Assembly: GCA_009859145.1 (NCBI GenBank) | Contig: VRVR01000022.1 | Coordinates: forward strand, 20,001-268,000 | Reading direction: 5' to 3' | DNA length: 248,000 nucleotides | Source of the DNA: Andalucia godoyi And28 | Taxonomy: Eukaryota; Protista; Jakobida | Shown: positions 56,301 to 67,787 of the stretch, one piece after another | Layout: each line of letters starts with the position of its first letter | How positions within the stretch are numbered: position 1 is the stretch's first letter | Translations under genes and position numbers: made by a program | Notes under the pieces: model-generated | Told to the model about the DNA's origin: nothing | The model's input: the letters and a program-made list of their open reading frames with translations, nothing else | Database searches by the model: none

Positions 56301-56700
56301 CGTCCGTACGGAGGGTCCGCTGCGTGAGCGAGAGACGAGACAGTCGACTACTTTACACTCAACGAAGCGTCCATCATGGATCAAGCTCGCTCACGATTGA
56401 CACGATTCTTGCAGAGAAGAACCCATCCGCGGAACAACAACGAATGCGCGTACTTTCTTCAAATGTGGAGTCGGAAAAAAAACAGATACAACAGATTTAG
56501 GCTTTCAACGGACCCCCCGTTTGTTGGATGGTTGTTATCTTGTTATTTATGTATTTTTCTTCCTTTCTTTTATATATACATATTGTTAGTTTTTTAACAA
56601 GCCGCGGCTCGTAGTTATGATGTTGGTGATCATCAACGAACGGGCGAAAAACGCCACGATATGTTCTTGCCGCCGGAATAAAAGAAAAAATCCAAGTAAC

Positions 56701-57026
56701 ACCCTGCAACCCAAAATCTCTCCACACACTTGGCTCGCATGCTGCGCCTCAGACAGATTTATTTGGCGTAAAAAGTGACTTTTACAATCCGCATCAGCGC
56801 CCATCCAATGAAGCTCCCCTTTTGAGTGGGACATCCGTGGTGTCTGCGCACCCCAAAACAGAAACAACCTATTTTCCTGTTCAGAGCTCTCTAGCTGAGC
56901 AATCAGTGCATTCGTTAGAACCATTTGGACCCTCGGAACCAGGAGAAAACTAGGGGTTTCAACGAGCTTCTTTTATTGCCATTCCGCATTTTTAATCCAC
57001 TTGTTCTCTCTCTCTCTCTCTCGATT

Positions 57027-57076
<50 letters not shown>

Positions 57077-57225
57077 GATCTTTCCTTCTCTGTTTTCAAT
57101 TGAGCGGATATTGCATTGATTGTTGATTGGCAATGGAGTGCGCCGCAGAGGGAGAGAGAGGCCGCGGCGGAGGAATCGGGTTGTCAGTATTCGACAGTGT
57201 CTCTCATTGGGCCTCGACCTTGCAC
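56701..57225 (-). mobile_element. TIR MITE copy 1 (one end truncated)
   Basis: Reverse-complement match to 77087-77660 including central (GA)n; ACCCTGCAACCCAAA end. Confidence 0.85.
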
Positions 57226-57921
57226 TCCTACGCCGCCGCGACAACAACCGGTAGCAGCAATTTGCAGAAAAGAAAAGCAAAAATGGTCGGCCTTCATTCA
57301 ATAGCAATGTCGACGGCTGTAATAAACAAACGCTCCGCCATACTACCTATTTGGGATGGAGGGTTACAAGAATAACACAAATCAGAGCGCGGGAAAACTA
57401 CCAGCAGCGACCGTAGATTACATCTGGGGTCCGATGCACGGTCCAGGGCCTGCTGTGCACCCTCAGGGGTTATCGAATACTGCAACCCTGGCAGGCATCC
57501 GTTCGGGGGGATTCGATTGCGAAACCACCAGGATCACGCGCCTCTTGCAAGTCCAATCATATAACCGAACCCCTCGCTTTTTTTTCCTTTTCCTTTCCTC
57601 CACCACTCCAGTTCGTATTGCTTTTCCTATTGTTTCTTCTTCTCTTCTCTTCTCTTCTCTTCTCTTCTCTTCTCTTTTTTTTCTTTTCTTTTTTCCTTTT
57701 CCTTTTTCTTTTCCTTTTAAAAAGGTTTTTCAAAACTCTCAGTGCACTTCGAGCGAACATCAGTATCCAGTTATCGGTAGACTTTGCATACGTCTTCCGA
57801 TCCTAATGAGCTACGCCTTCTCCCTTGCACGTCACCAGCGCCGTTCCAACCCCAACTCAATCTCCGCGTCCAAGTCAGACCACCACGATGCCCCGTCTTC
57901 ATCGCTTCCTAGTGGATTCAA

Positions 57922-58197
57922 TCAGCTAACAGGCCGCCGCAGCCTTGCGTCCTCGTTGCTCGGAATCTCTCGTGGCGGAAATGCCTCCGTCGCGTTTGCC
58001 GAGCCTTCTTCTCTCTTCCTCAACTCTGTTTCTATCCTGTCATCAGCCACTGCAGTCCCTGCAAAGGCTGCTGATGTCCTCCGCGACACTCTTGCAATCA
58101 GCGGCCACGCTTCGGCGCTCTTTGCAACCTTGCGCTCTGCCCTCCTGTAACCCTTTGGTCTCTTCGTGATCGCACCGGGCTTGGGGGTTTGTGCCAT
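57922..58197 (-). CDS. Small basic hypothetical protein
   Basis: MAQTPKPGAITKRPKG..; short, no motif. Confidence 0.25.
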   Translation of the reverse strand: MAQTPKPGAITKRPKGYRRAERKVAKSAEAWPLIARVSRRTSAAFAGTAVADDRIETELRKREEGSANATEAFPPREIPSNEDARLRRPVS

Positions 58198-58907
58198 CTC
58201 AGTCCTTGCATGCGTGCGTACCTGTGCCTTTTGTTTGTTTCTTTTTGTAGCGCTTTCTGTCTGTTCTCTTCCAGGTTTCGTGTCGTGGAAGCACATCCGG
58301 GTTTCGCACGAAGCATGTTTTCGGTATCGCAGGGTCTGTTGCTCCCCTCCAGTTGCGTCTTCTCTTTTGGCAAGTTGTAGTGTGTTTGGGAGGGCTTGTA
58401 TATAACTTTTATTTGATTTCAAACACACATACAGCGACTTCTTTCTTATTTTTGCAATGCCATTGATCGAAGAACTCTGGAGAGAGGGGGATCGCAGATG
58501 TTTTTGCTTGCTGCTGAAAGCTGTGCTGGCCTTGGGACGCAACCAGGGAAGAAAGACAGAGCGCTGGGAACAACGACACGCCGCATGAGATGTTGCATTC
58601 CCCCCGTCTCGTAATTGATCATGATTTCCAATTAAAAATCTTGTTTCTCGAATATCCACTGCGTACGTCCTTGTAACCTGACGAAAAGCCAAAGACAAGT
58701 CGAGCAGCGACCTCGCATAAAGTCATTTAATCGTTTATGACGCTTATCTCTTCTTTTATTATTCTCTCTCTCTCTCTCTCTCTCTTTCTTTCTTACTCTT
58801 TTCTTTCTCTTTTTCTTTCTCTATTGAGCAAGGCTTTCTTTTCCATTCTTTAAATTTGAGCATAGAACGTCTTTGCAAAGGATAAGAGAAACAGAATTTC
58901 AAGGGTA

Positions 58908-61900
58908 ATGAGTCATGAGCGCGAACCCAAACGCCCCCGTCTTGGCTGGGACTCTGCGGTGTCTGATGGAGCTGCAACGGATCACAATGCGCCGCTGCCG
59001 CCGCTACTGCCGCCTCCTCCTTCGTCCGCACTGGATTCCAAAGAACACAGATCGAAACGAGAACACCTGGAACCGCTGCGACTGAGAAAGACAAGGTGGG
59101 ACATGTCGACAACAGCAACGACGATGACGATGCCAGTGAGTATGAACGAAGCTGCGTCTGTGAATCAGAGTGTGAATGCCGACGGATCCAAGATTGTTGC
59201 GGATACGCTGGAAGCAGAAGCGGCGGAGAAGGGCGAGACGAGTGACCAGGTTTCTCAAGAAGGAGTCTTGTTGGAGGGGCTTCCTGCGTTGAAACCGTAC
59301 GACATTCCGTTCTTCACTGCGCTCATCAAGTCTCACGGGACAGCATATGCAAAGACACAAGCGGGGGTGCAGCCCATGACGGATAACGAGCACGGCGATG
59401 AAGAATTGCTGCTGATTTTGCGGCTTGTGCTCGTCATCAAGAACGGCCTTCCGAGAGACCGCAAGTCTGCACTGTCTGAATTTCGATTACGGATCGCACG
59501 AGGATCGTTTTCTGCCAATGTCCTTCTTGGAAAAGTGCTGATTCCATTGTTTTCGGCTCCCGGAATGGATCCTCAGGAACGGCACTTGGTGCTGAAGTGT
59601 CTCTTTATTGCTGTCCAGTCACTGAATGCGCTGGCCATGTCCGATCCGTCCATGCTCGTCGAGCTGACTTCGCGGTTGTTCAGACTTGTCGTAGGACCGC
59701 TGGTGATGGACGACAAGGATAGAATGGCACGGCTGCAGGGCCGGGATTTGCTCGCTGCTGTCTGCAGATCGGCCGGATGGTCTGGAGTCGCTCGATCGAT
59801 TGCGCCATTGATGTCCAATTTGGACGACGGCGTCAGGATCGCTGCGGCTCGATCCATCGCCATGGTTGCCCTGTCGGTCGGTATTCATCGGATTGTACCG
59901 TTCATCAAGGCTGCGGCTGCTTCGAAGCCCGCGAATCCTGAAAAAAGGGACGACATCACGTGGTTGCTGATTCGCGAATGTGCTGTGCGATCCGTTCATC
60001 AGCTCGCCTCCACGGCTGGCGCGGCTGTGCTCTCGCACCTCGACCAACTGATCGCGGTCGTCGCGCCGTTTCTTGATCTCGATCTTGACAATCGGCAGCA
60101 ATCCCATAGCTCTCGGACGTATGACCAACAGTATCAAATGCCACAGGTTGCGGTTCAACGCCAAAAAACCAGCGAAAGCGACAACGATGCCAGTGATGGT
60201 GACGACAACGGTAATGATGGTGATAATGATAATGATAATGATAACAGCAGCACCGCAGAAGCATCGACAACGGGCAAGAATGCTACCGGCATTCGTGTTG
60301 TGCACAGTCGAAATATCCAAGTGGTGTCGTCGGTATCGAATCCGCAACTCACTACTCGGTTGTGTGTGTCTGCGGCCTTGGCGGTGGCTGCTCTTGCAGA
60401 GGCCTCGTTTCCATATGGTGGCGATTCGTTTGAGCCCGTGGTTCGAACCCTTTGGTCCGGAACGAAGAAACACTCTCGTCGTAGAATTCTCGGGGCGTTT
60501 TTGCGAGCCACCGGATCCGTGATTGCGTTGCTGGAGCCATCGCGAGCTGCAGTGTATTCCAAAGCACTTGTGAGAACCCTGGTGCGTGAGATGGCTGCTC
60601 CGGATGACGACATGAAGCGAATCGTTCTTGGCGTCCTGCGGCAGTGTCTCGTCGCGACCGATTTGAAGGGAGTTGTTGCTCGTGTTCTTGAGTTCAAGCG
60701 CACAAGACCCAAGAACGATCCGTTGGCACCTGTTGGAATCGGTCTGTCCCAGCTTGATGGAATCGCCGGAAGTGGTGATAGCAAGAGAAAGGCGGAAGAA
60801 GCTGAGCAGGACGAGGAGGATGCATTTCCCGCGGATTACATTCTACGCGAACTTGTTCCGCCCTTCTTCTCGGCGTTTTGGACTCGTCGTGTTGTTACAT
60901 CTGCTTCGTCGAATCCAACGACAAATTCGAGCGCCAACGCTGCCGGCGATATCGATGCAAAGCCTACCATGCATGGAAGAAGTGGCGATAGGAGGTTGAT
61001 CCGCTCCGTCATTGAGACGATACCCGTTCTGCTGTCCCGCGCTGGAGGATCCGTACTGCCGCTATTGCAGCATACGCTGATTCATTTGAAGGATGACTGT
61101 CGTCCGTTGCGTCAGCTGACGCTAGATGGCATTGTCGATGCCTTTGAGATCTTTGGCCTCCCGCGTTCGTATGATTCTCGTACCGATGACTTGCTAATTG
61201 ATGGAATCCTGTTCACTCTTGAGGATTCCATGACGGCCCAAAGCGTTACCGGCTCCACAAAGAATGCTGCTGCGGACGAAGAGGCAATGACTGTGGATGA
61301 GTTAAACTATGCAAAGTCGGGTACCCGATGTTTGGCTACCGTCCTCATGGCGTTCGTGCAGCGTGCGTACAATGCGACCGGCTCTGCAGAACAGGTGTCG
61401 ACGTCATCGTCATTCAAGAATTCAAGTGCGATCGGCTGGGCATCTCAAGTGCACCTCAGTAACGTTACTCAGTATCTTGGACAAGTGTCGCGATACGTAG
61501 AATCACACCTATCCCATCGATCTCCAAAACAACGGCACACGGCAGCGCTTGTTGCTTCGGCATGCGCGTCAGGTCCGCTTCTGAAATCACGTCGAACTGA
61601 CATTTTGCTTCGTTTCGCGAGAATATGTGTCGAGAACCTCGGTGAGCCGTTTCCAGATGTTTTGGCAGCCATATTGGATGCTCTTCGTGCGTCCATGGAG
61701 GCGTTGACGTCGATTGCCAAGACGAGTGTGGGCCAGAGTGCATTGTTGCCGCCGTCTTCTGCTCAGGCGGAGGCAGCGGCAAAGACGGGAAGACGGCGCG
61801 GTTTCGAACTCACTGATCCGGATACGGGTTCTTTGGATTCTCAGCGAGTTGTTGCTGTTTCTTTGGGTGACTTGGTTGCCCGTTTGACTCCGATTTTGAG

Positions 61901-62798
61901 AAACCGACACGAGAGGGTTTCGGAGCAGGTTATCCGGCTCATCGCCCTCGTTGCGGATTGTGTTGTAGAAAATGTCGATCCGTCCACTGCCTCCATGAAT
62001 GTTGGTGGCGCTCCAAAAGTGATTGTTGCGCGACAAGAATGGCTCCGAATTTGCTTTGATTTGCTCGAACTGCTAAAGTCACAGCTGCGAAGAATCCGTC
62101 GATCTGCGATTGCTGCATTTGGGAGAATTGCTCGCGCAATCGGACCTCTCGAGGTTTTGCCACCACTGTTGGCCAATTTGAGAGTTCAAGAACGATCTCA
62201 ACGCGTTTGCACCACGGTTGCAATTGCAATTGTTGCAGAATCCTGCGGTGCATTTGCGGTGTTGCCTGCGCTGATGCAAGAGTATCGTATTCCTGAGCTC
62301 AACGTGCGAACTGGTGTTCTTAAGTCTCTTGCGTTCTTGTTTGAATACTTGGGATCCGCTTCTGCTCGGTTTGTTTGGGCCGTTACCCCCCTTCTGCAAG
62401 ACGCCCTGTCCGACCGAGATCTCGTCCACCGCCAAACTGCGTCGTCTGCTGTGAAGTTTCTTGCGCTGGGTGCTGCCGGTTGGGGATATGAAGACTGCCT
62501 GCGCCATTTGCTCAACTTTGTGTTTCCAAACATCCTCGAAGAATCCCCGCATGTCATTTCGGCCGTCCGCGAGGCGATCGATGCATTGAGAATTGCGCTC
62601 GGCCCAGGTGTCATCCTTCAGTATCTTTTGCAAGGCTTGTTTCATCCCGCGCAGAAAGTGCGCGAAGCCTACTGGGCTGTGTACAACTCTCTGTACGTTG
62701 GGTCTGCAGATGCCTTGGTGGCGTTCTACCCCAGAATCCGAGATGACGCAGTAACCGGATGCAACTATTCGGTGAATGAGTTGGAAATCATGATCTAG
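58908..62798 (+). CDS. SF3B1: Splicing factor 3B subunit 1, divergent
   Basis: KTRWD, LVLVIKNG.P.DRKSAL, HEAT array, LTPILRNRHERV, EWLRICFDLLELLK, QYLLQGLFHPAQKVREAYW. Confidence 0.92.
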   Translation: MSHEREPKRPRLGWDSAVSDGAATDHNAPLPPLLPPPPSSALDSKEHRSKREHLEPLRLRKTRWDMSTTATTMTMPVSMNEAASVNQSVNADGSKIVADTLEAEAAEKGETSDQVSQEGVLLEGLPALKPYDIPFFTALIKSHGTAYAKTQAGVQPMTDNEHGDEELLLILRLVLVIKNGLPRDRKSALSEFRLRIARGSFSANVLLGKVLIPLFSAPGMDPQERHLVLKCLFIAVQSLNALAMSDPSMLVELTSRLFRLVVGPLVMDDKDRMARLQGRDLLAAVCRSAGWSGVARSIAPLMSNLDDGVRIAAARSIAMVALSVGIHRIVPFIKAAAASKPANPEKRDDITWLLIRECAVRSVHQLASTAGAAVLSHLDQLIAVVAPFLDLDLDNRQQSHSSRTYDQQYQMPQVAVQRQKTSESDNDASDGDDNGNDGDNDNDNDNSSTAEASTTGKNATGIRVVHSRNIQVVSSVSNPQLTTRLCVSAALAVAALAEASFPYGGDSFEPVVRTLWSGTKKHSRRRILGAFLRATGSVIALLEPSRAAVYSKALVRTLVREMAAPDDDMKRIVLGVLRQCLVATDLKGVVARVLEFKRTRPKNDPLAPVGIGLSQLDGIAGSGDSKRKAEEAEQDEEDAFPADYILRELVPPFFSAFWTRRVVTSASSNPTTNSSANAAGDIDAKPTMHGRSGDRRLIRSVIETIPVLLSRAGGSVLPLLQHTLIHLKDDCRPLRQLTLDGIVDAFEIFGLPRSYDSRTDDLLIDGILFTLEDSMTAQSVTGSTKNAAADEEAMTVDELNYAKSGTRCLATVLMAFVQRAYNATGSAEQVSTSSSFKNSSAIGWASQVHLSNVTQYLGQVSRYVESHLSHRSPKQRHTAALVASACASGPLLKSRRTDILLRFARICVENLGEPFPDVLAAILDALRASMEALTSIAKTSVGQSALLPPSSAQAEAAAKTGRRRGFELTDPDTGSLDSQRVVAVSLGDLVARLTPILRNRHERVSEQVIRLIALVADCVVENVDPSTASMNVGGAPKVIVARQEWLRICFDLLELLKSQLRRIRRSAIAAFGRIARAIGPLEVLPPLLANLRVQERSQRVCTTVAIAIVAESCGAFAVLPALMQEYRIPELNVRTGVLKSLAFLFEYLGSASARFVWAVTPLLQDALSDRDLVHRQTASSAVKFLALGAAGWGYEDCLRHLLNFVFPNILEESPHVISAVREAIDALRIALGPGVILQYLLQGLFHPAQKVREAYWAVYNSLYVGSADALVAFYPRIRDDAVTGCNYSVNELEIMI

Positions 62799-63375
62799 AT
62801 GCAGTGATAATGCACAGTGCGTGTTCTGTCCAAATTCTTTCTTTACTGTTTTTTCGTTTGCTTGGTGTTTTTTGTTTTTTTTTAAATTGTGGTGTCCTAC
62901 TGTATGATTTCCCCCTTCTCTCTGAAGTCTGGGACGCAGTGCATCCACGTACTACGACCTGCCATGTACTTTTTGTTTTGAAGCTGATTTGCATTGCTAG
63001 TTGCGGCATCGGCAGCGTCATGACCCGTGAGTCGTGTATCCGCGTCAAGACCCGAAACACCCCGTGTCCGGACTCCGGCAGCATAAACCATTCGCTGCTG
63101 TAGACTGAAAAGCTTTGCGCGCCAAATTCCATGCTTGCAGTCAAACAACGAGCACGCACTGCGACGTCGCGTACAAAATTCAGTTTTGCGTTATGTTTTG
63201 TTTGAACCTTCTTTTTTAACTTCCTTTGGTTAATGCATATTTATTTAAACTACTACAAGGATTCGCTTTTAACATGATTCCTTTGTGTAGCGTGGGAAAA
63301 TAGGACATATAGTGGTATTTGGGCTCTGTTTTTCACCGCTCTGTTTCTGACACTTCAGTTGCTGCTGACTTTGTG

Positions 63376-66300
63376 ATGGAACGTTCCAAAGAGGAAGTTC
63401 CTGTATCGTACGATCGGATCCTGTACGGCTCGCATCCGTTTCGAACCTTTTCAGGCGTCTCTCTATTTATCAATGGCCGCGAGCCTATACCGAAGCATTC
63501 TTGCATCAAGACGCTAGTTTCGATCATCCCTGCACTCTCTTCCGTGTCAAGCAACGGTCCTCCGAAGCCTCTGCCATTGCCCACATCCTCCACATCTCCC
63601 CTATTCCCTTCCGCAACTGCGACTGCGACTGCGACTGCGACTGCGGGCTTCCCAACTCGACCTACTGTCTCATGTGCCGAAGCTGGTCGGTCTGCCTTTT
63701 CGGGTCCTGTTGACGTGGATATCTCGCAGCCGCAGAGAACGGGTCGCACATCGTCGTTTTCAACTCCGCATTGGCAGCAACTCGGCAGCAGTTTGCATGC
63801 GAATGTGCGAAATCCAGTGCTGGGAGCTCTCAGGAACTCCCAGCCTATTGGATCGCAGAGACATGCGGATAACACTAGCATTGTGAATCCCCCACGTTCT
63901 AACGTGCCAGTTGCGTTATCCACGTTGCCATCGTCGTCGTCTACGATGATCTCTTCTTCGAATCCGAGCGTTGGTGCGATGAGTGCAGGTAGCGGAATTA
64001 TGGATACGTCGCGAATGGATGTTGCGGCACTGTTCGACTCTGCAATCACGTCTGTTGCGGCCGATGTGTCCAGCGGCGTTCCGGAGATTGAGCCTCGGTC
64101 CTGCCTCAAGACGTCTCTGCTTCCACATCAGAAGGTTGCACTCTCATGGTTAGTCCAGAGGGAGATCGGTGTGCGATTGACGCAGTCCAGACAGCAGTTC
64201 TTCTTTTGGAAGCGCATGGTGGACCACCAAGGAAACGTGACGTACAAGAACACAATCAAGGTCGCATCTCCACAGCAAAAGGAACATCCGGTGTTCTTCT
64301 CGGGCGGCTTCTTGTGCGATGATATGGGTCTCGGGAAGACTCTTTCGGTCATCGCCATGCTCGCACATTTCCAAAGTCTGAAGCAGCGCACTCTGATCGT
64401 GTGTCCGCTTTCTCTGATTTCAAACTGGGTGGATCAGATCAACGAACACACTCTTCCAGGAACGTTTTCAGTCGGAATATACCACGGACCGGACAGATCG
64501 CTCGCTGCAAACGTCCTTGGGTACGATGTCGTCATTTCGACATACAATATTCTTGTCATGGACTACCGTCAACACGCGGATTCAATTGTTGAAGATGACA
64601 ACGACCAGAATGAACGCAAGCATGCGGATAGGGAAGAGGATGATGACGATGGTGATGGTGATGACGATGACGATGACGGTGGACGTCGCGGTGGAATTGA
64701 GTCGTATTTCTTTCCTCAGAACCGCCAGAGCCAGAGTGCATCATCACAAGCCCGAGGACCGCGCTCGAAACGACCCAAAGTCGACTACGGCTTGTTCACT
64801 CCAGGGCTTTTCCACCGTGTTGTCTACGACGAAGCACACATGGGCAAGAATCCCGAGACGATCACTGCGATGGCATGCACCGCGCTGGCTGCCGATCGCA
64901 GATGGTGTCTCACGGGGACACCGATTACGAACAAGATGGATGATTTGCAGTCGCTTATGCGGATCATCCATGCCGAACCCTTTTCGGATCACAAGTTTTG
65001 GCGGAACATGATCTCCAGGCCGCTCAAGTCTACAACACAGTCTGACAACTTAACCGGTTTTCGTCGACTGCAAATCATTGTTAAAGCTCTCTGTCTGCGC
65101 CGAATGAAGCGACGGCCGTCTCCGATGCAAAATGGTTCTACTTCGACATCCGCAACTCACCATCCGGGCCCTGGATACATCGAGATGCCGGATCTCGAGA
65201 TCATCCACAGGCACGTCGAAATCACCGGGACTCAGCGTATTGTGTATGATCGAATGTACAGGCGAGCGCGGAACATTGTCGTGAATTGGTTAAACTCGGG
65301 CGGAAATTCCGGTGGCGTCATTGCCAATGTCCTTGCGCTCCTGACGCGGCTGCGACAGGCGTGCAACCACTTGGAATTGCTGCGTGAAACCGCCATGCGC
65401 ATTGCCCTGCTGACTGATGAGGAAGATGCTCGAGAAGCCCAAAAAGCAGGCCAAAGCACGGACGCTGTGTTTCTTGCGGACGACGCCCGGCGAAATCGCC
65501 TGTCGGATGTTCTTTCCAAATTGTTTCCGTCCTCTTCATCCGCTTCTGGCTCTTCGACGACCACTCCTGCTTCAGCTGCCCGTACGACGCGGCAAGGTAT
65601 GCAAGAGACCTCCGATGCGCTCGAGTCTCCGGAATGCGCGATTTGCTTTGAGGAGATTTCCGACGAGTCGACGACTCTGGTCACGCCTTGTGGACATGTT
65701 TTCTGTTCTGATTGTCTGGAACGCGCGCTTTCTGTCCGCAGTCTGTGCCCGATGTGCCGCGATCCTGTGCGCGGCACGGAAGCATGTCGAACCATTTCAG
65801 CGGTTCGGCGCTTGCTGAAGAAGGCTGCGGAGGCGCAGTCTGGAGGCACGAAGGATGCCCATGGGACGACAAATGCACCGGATGGGTCTGCCGCGATTGC
65901 AAATCCGTATGATTTAGCGACTGCGGGAGCCAAGCTGAATGCGCTGCTGCATGACCTGCAAGTTGAAATTCCCTCCTCGGAAAAAGTGCTGGTATTCTCG
66001 CAGTGGACGTCGTTTCTTGATCTTGTCGAACCAGTGATTTCGGATGCTCAGATCCCGTATGTTCGTCTTGATGGGTCGATGACCCGTGAAGAGCGGGCGG
66101 AAGCCGTGACCACATTCCAAGGAGCCCCTGCCTCCGGATGCCGTGTGTTTCTTATTTCGCTGAAGTGCGGTGGATTTGGATTGAACCTCACGGCAGCGTC
66201 TCATGTCTGCATCATGGATCCGTGGTGGAGTTGGGAAGTCGAGTCGCAAGCAGCGGATCGAGCCTGGCGTATCGGCAACAAAGCTCGGAAAGTTGTCGTT

Positions 66301-66492
66301 CGGCGCTACATCTGCACCAACACCATTGAAGAAAAGATCCTTGAGCTCCAAAAGATGAAGCTCTTCCTGACTCGTGGTGCCTTTGGTGAGTCTGGCGACG
66401 AAGCGCAGTCCACGGACGAGTTTAAACGACTGCGCCAACTCCGCGTCCGCCTTCTCTTCAATCTGGACAAGTCTGTCGCGGACCTCGTCTGA
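63376..66492 (+). CDS. RAD5/HLTF-like SNF2 helicase with RING finger
   Basis: GGFLCDDMGLGKT, DEAH, WCLTGTP, CAIC..CGHVFC..CPMC, LDGSM, GLNLTAA. Confidence 0.9.
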   Translation: MERSKEEVPVSYDRILYGSHPFRTFSGVSLFINGREPIPKHSCIKTLVSIIPALSSVSSNGPPKPLPLPTSSTSPLFPSATATATATATAGFPTRPTVSCAEAGRSAFSGPVDVDISQPQRTGRTSSFSTPHWQQLGSSLHANVRNPVLGALRNSQPIGSQRHADNTSIVNPPRSNVPVALSTLPSSSSTMISSSNPSVGAMSAGSGIMDTSRMDVAALFDSAITSVAADVSSGVPEIEPRSCLKTSLLPHQKVALSWLVQREIGVRLTQSRQQFFFWKRMVDHQGNVTYKNTIKVASPQQKEHPVFFSGGFLCDDMGLGKTLSVIAMLAHFQSLKQRTLIVCPLSLISNWVDQINEHTLPGTFSVGIYHGPDRSLAANVLGYDVVISTYNILVMDYRQHADSIVEDDNDQNERKHADREEDDDDGDGDDDDDDGGRRGGIESYFFPQNRQSQSASSQARGPRSKRPKVDYGLFTPGLFHRVVYDEAHMGKNPETITAMACTALAADRRWCLTGTPITNKMDDLQSLMRIIHAEPFSDHKFWRNMISRPLKSTTQSDNLTGFRRLQIIVKALCLRRMKRRPSPMQNGSTSTSATHHPGPGYIEMPDLEIIHRHVEITGTQRIVYDRMYRRARNIVVNWLNSGGNSGGVIANVLALLTRLRQACNHLELLRETAMRIALLTDEEDAREAQKAGQSTDAVFLADDARRNRLSDVLSKLFPSSSSASGSSTTTPASAARTTRQGMQETSDALESPECAICFEEISDESTTLVTPCGHVFCSDCLERALSVRSLCPMCRDPVRGTEACRTISAVRRLLKKAAEAQSGGTKDAHGTTNAPDGSAAIANPYDLATAGAKLNALLHDLQVEIPSSEKVLVFSQWTSFLDLVEPVISDAQIPYVRLDGSMTREERAEAVTTFQGAPASGCRVFLISLKCGGFGLNLTAASHVCIMDPWWSWEVESQAADRAWRIGNKARKVVVRRYICTNTIEEKILELQKMKLFLTRGAFGESGDEAQSTDEFKRLRQLRVRLLFNLDKSVADLV

Positions 66493-66665
66493 GCACAATG
66501 CCATCAACGACATAAAAAAGTAGCAGCCAAGTATCTTTACGTCCTCGCCGATTTCGAAGCATACAGCCAAAACCGTGCGTTATCTGTTCTTAATTGATGT
66601 GCTTTTACTCGTCTTGTTATGCTTCCGTTCCTCTCGACTCACCATTCTTGCGCAAGTACGTACAT

Positions 66666-67325
66666 TTACAGCTCGATTGGACCGAGGTTATTCTTTGGCA
66701 GCGGTCGTTGCTTGGGTGCTGTCGCTGAAGAAGCCGTCGAACCACCAGCTGCGGCTGTGACGGTTACAGTAGCAGCAGCGGCAGTGGCAGTGGCAGTGGC
66801 AGTGGAAACAGCAGTTGTGGCGGGCGTGGCAGCGACGGGAGACATTGCGCCGAGTTTTGCATTGGCGGGCATAGCGTATCGCAGAGTGTGCTCACGGGCT
66901 CGTTTGAGAAACGTTTTTCTGTCCGAGGCGTACTCGCGCGCAATGTGTCCCATGAGAGGGTCCTGTGGATTGGGGTCCTGAAGGAGGGCGATGATGGACA
67001 TGAGGACCTTTGCGCACGAGTACGCCGGCGACCACGCGGTCTTGAGAATGTCAAGGCACACAGAGCCGGAGTCCGAGATGTTGCAATGGTAGACGCGGGT
67101 ATCGAATGTGACGCGCGGAGGATGGAACGGATAGTCGTCTGGAAACTTGACCGTCAGCCGAAACTCGCCGCCCTCATACGGAGTGTCAACCGGCCCTTGG
67201 ATCGTTGCGGTCCACTCCATCAGATTGTCTCCCTTTGGACTCGCTGTGCATCCAAACGGCGGATCCGAGCGAAAATCAGAAAGCTCCTTTGTCAGCCGAC
67301 GAACCACCTTGTCTCTCCCTGCCAT
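66666..67325 (-). CDS. Ubiquitin-conjugating enzyme E2 (UBE2D/E-like) with Ala/Thr tail
   Basis: FPDDYPFHPP, YHCNISDSGSVCLDILK..WSP. Confidence 0.92.
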   Translation of the reverse strand: MAGRDKVVRRLTKELSDFRSDPPFGCTASPKGDNLMEWTATIQGPVDTPYEGGEFRLTVKFPDDYPFHPPRVTFDTRVYHCNISDSGSVCLDILKTAWSPAYSCAKVLMSIIALLQDPNPQDPLMGHIAREYASDRKTFLKRAREHTLRYAMPANAKLGAMSPVAATPATTAVSTATATATAAAATVTVTAAAGGSTASSATAPKQRPLPKNNLGPIEL

Positions 67326-67787
67326 TTCAAGCCCTATTCAAACCAAGGTTTAAAAAATCCCACTCTCACGTATCAATCAATATCAACAACAAACAACAAA
67401 CAAATATTTAAAAAACCAAATACAACGAATCAAGAGAATGAACCAATTCAGACGACTAAAACAAAAAGCAGTCTGTTGGAGAGGCTTCATATACGGCTTT
67501 TGAATTCGGGGGATTTGCTGTTCTACAGTATGGTGGATTCGTTTGGGGGGGAGTTTTTCCCGCCATTTCTGAATTTCGCGGCACTCCATGAAAACGTAGA
67601 GCGTCTATACTGATTGGGGGGAACGAGAATGCTTGCTTGTATGTATGGTTGGTTGGTTGGTTGGTTGGTTGGTTGGTTGGTTTGTAATGCGGTTTTTACA
67701 CAACGCAGCACGGAACACACAACACAGAGTCACACCGGAGTAGTACAGAGTCTCGCAGAGGAGCAGGAAGGCGAGAAAAAGCATTGG

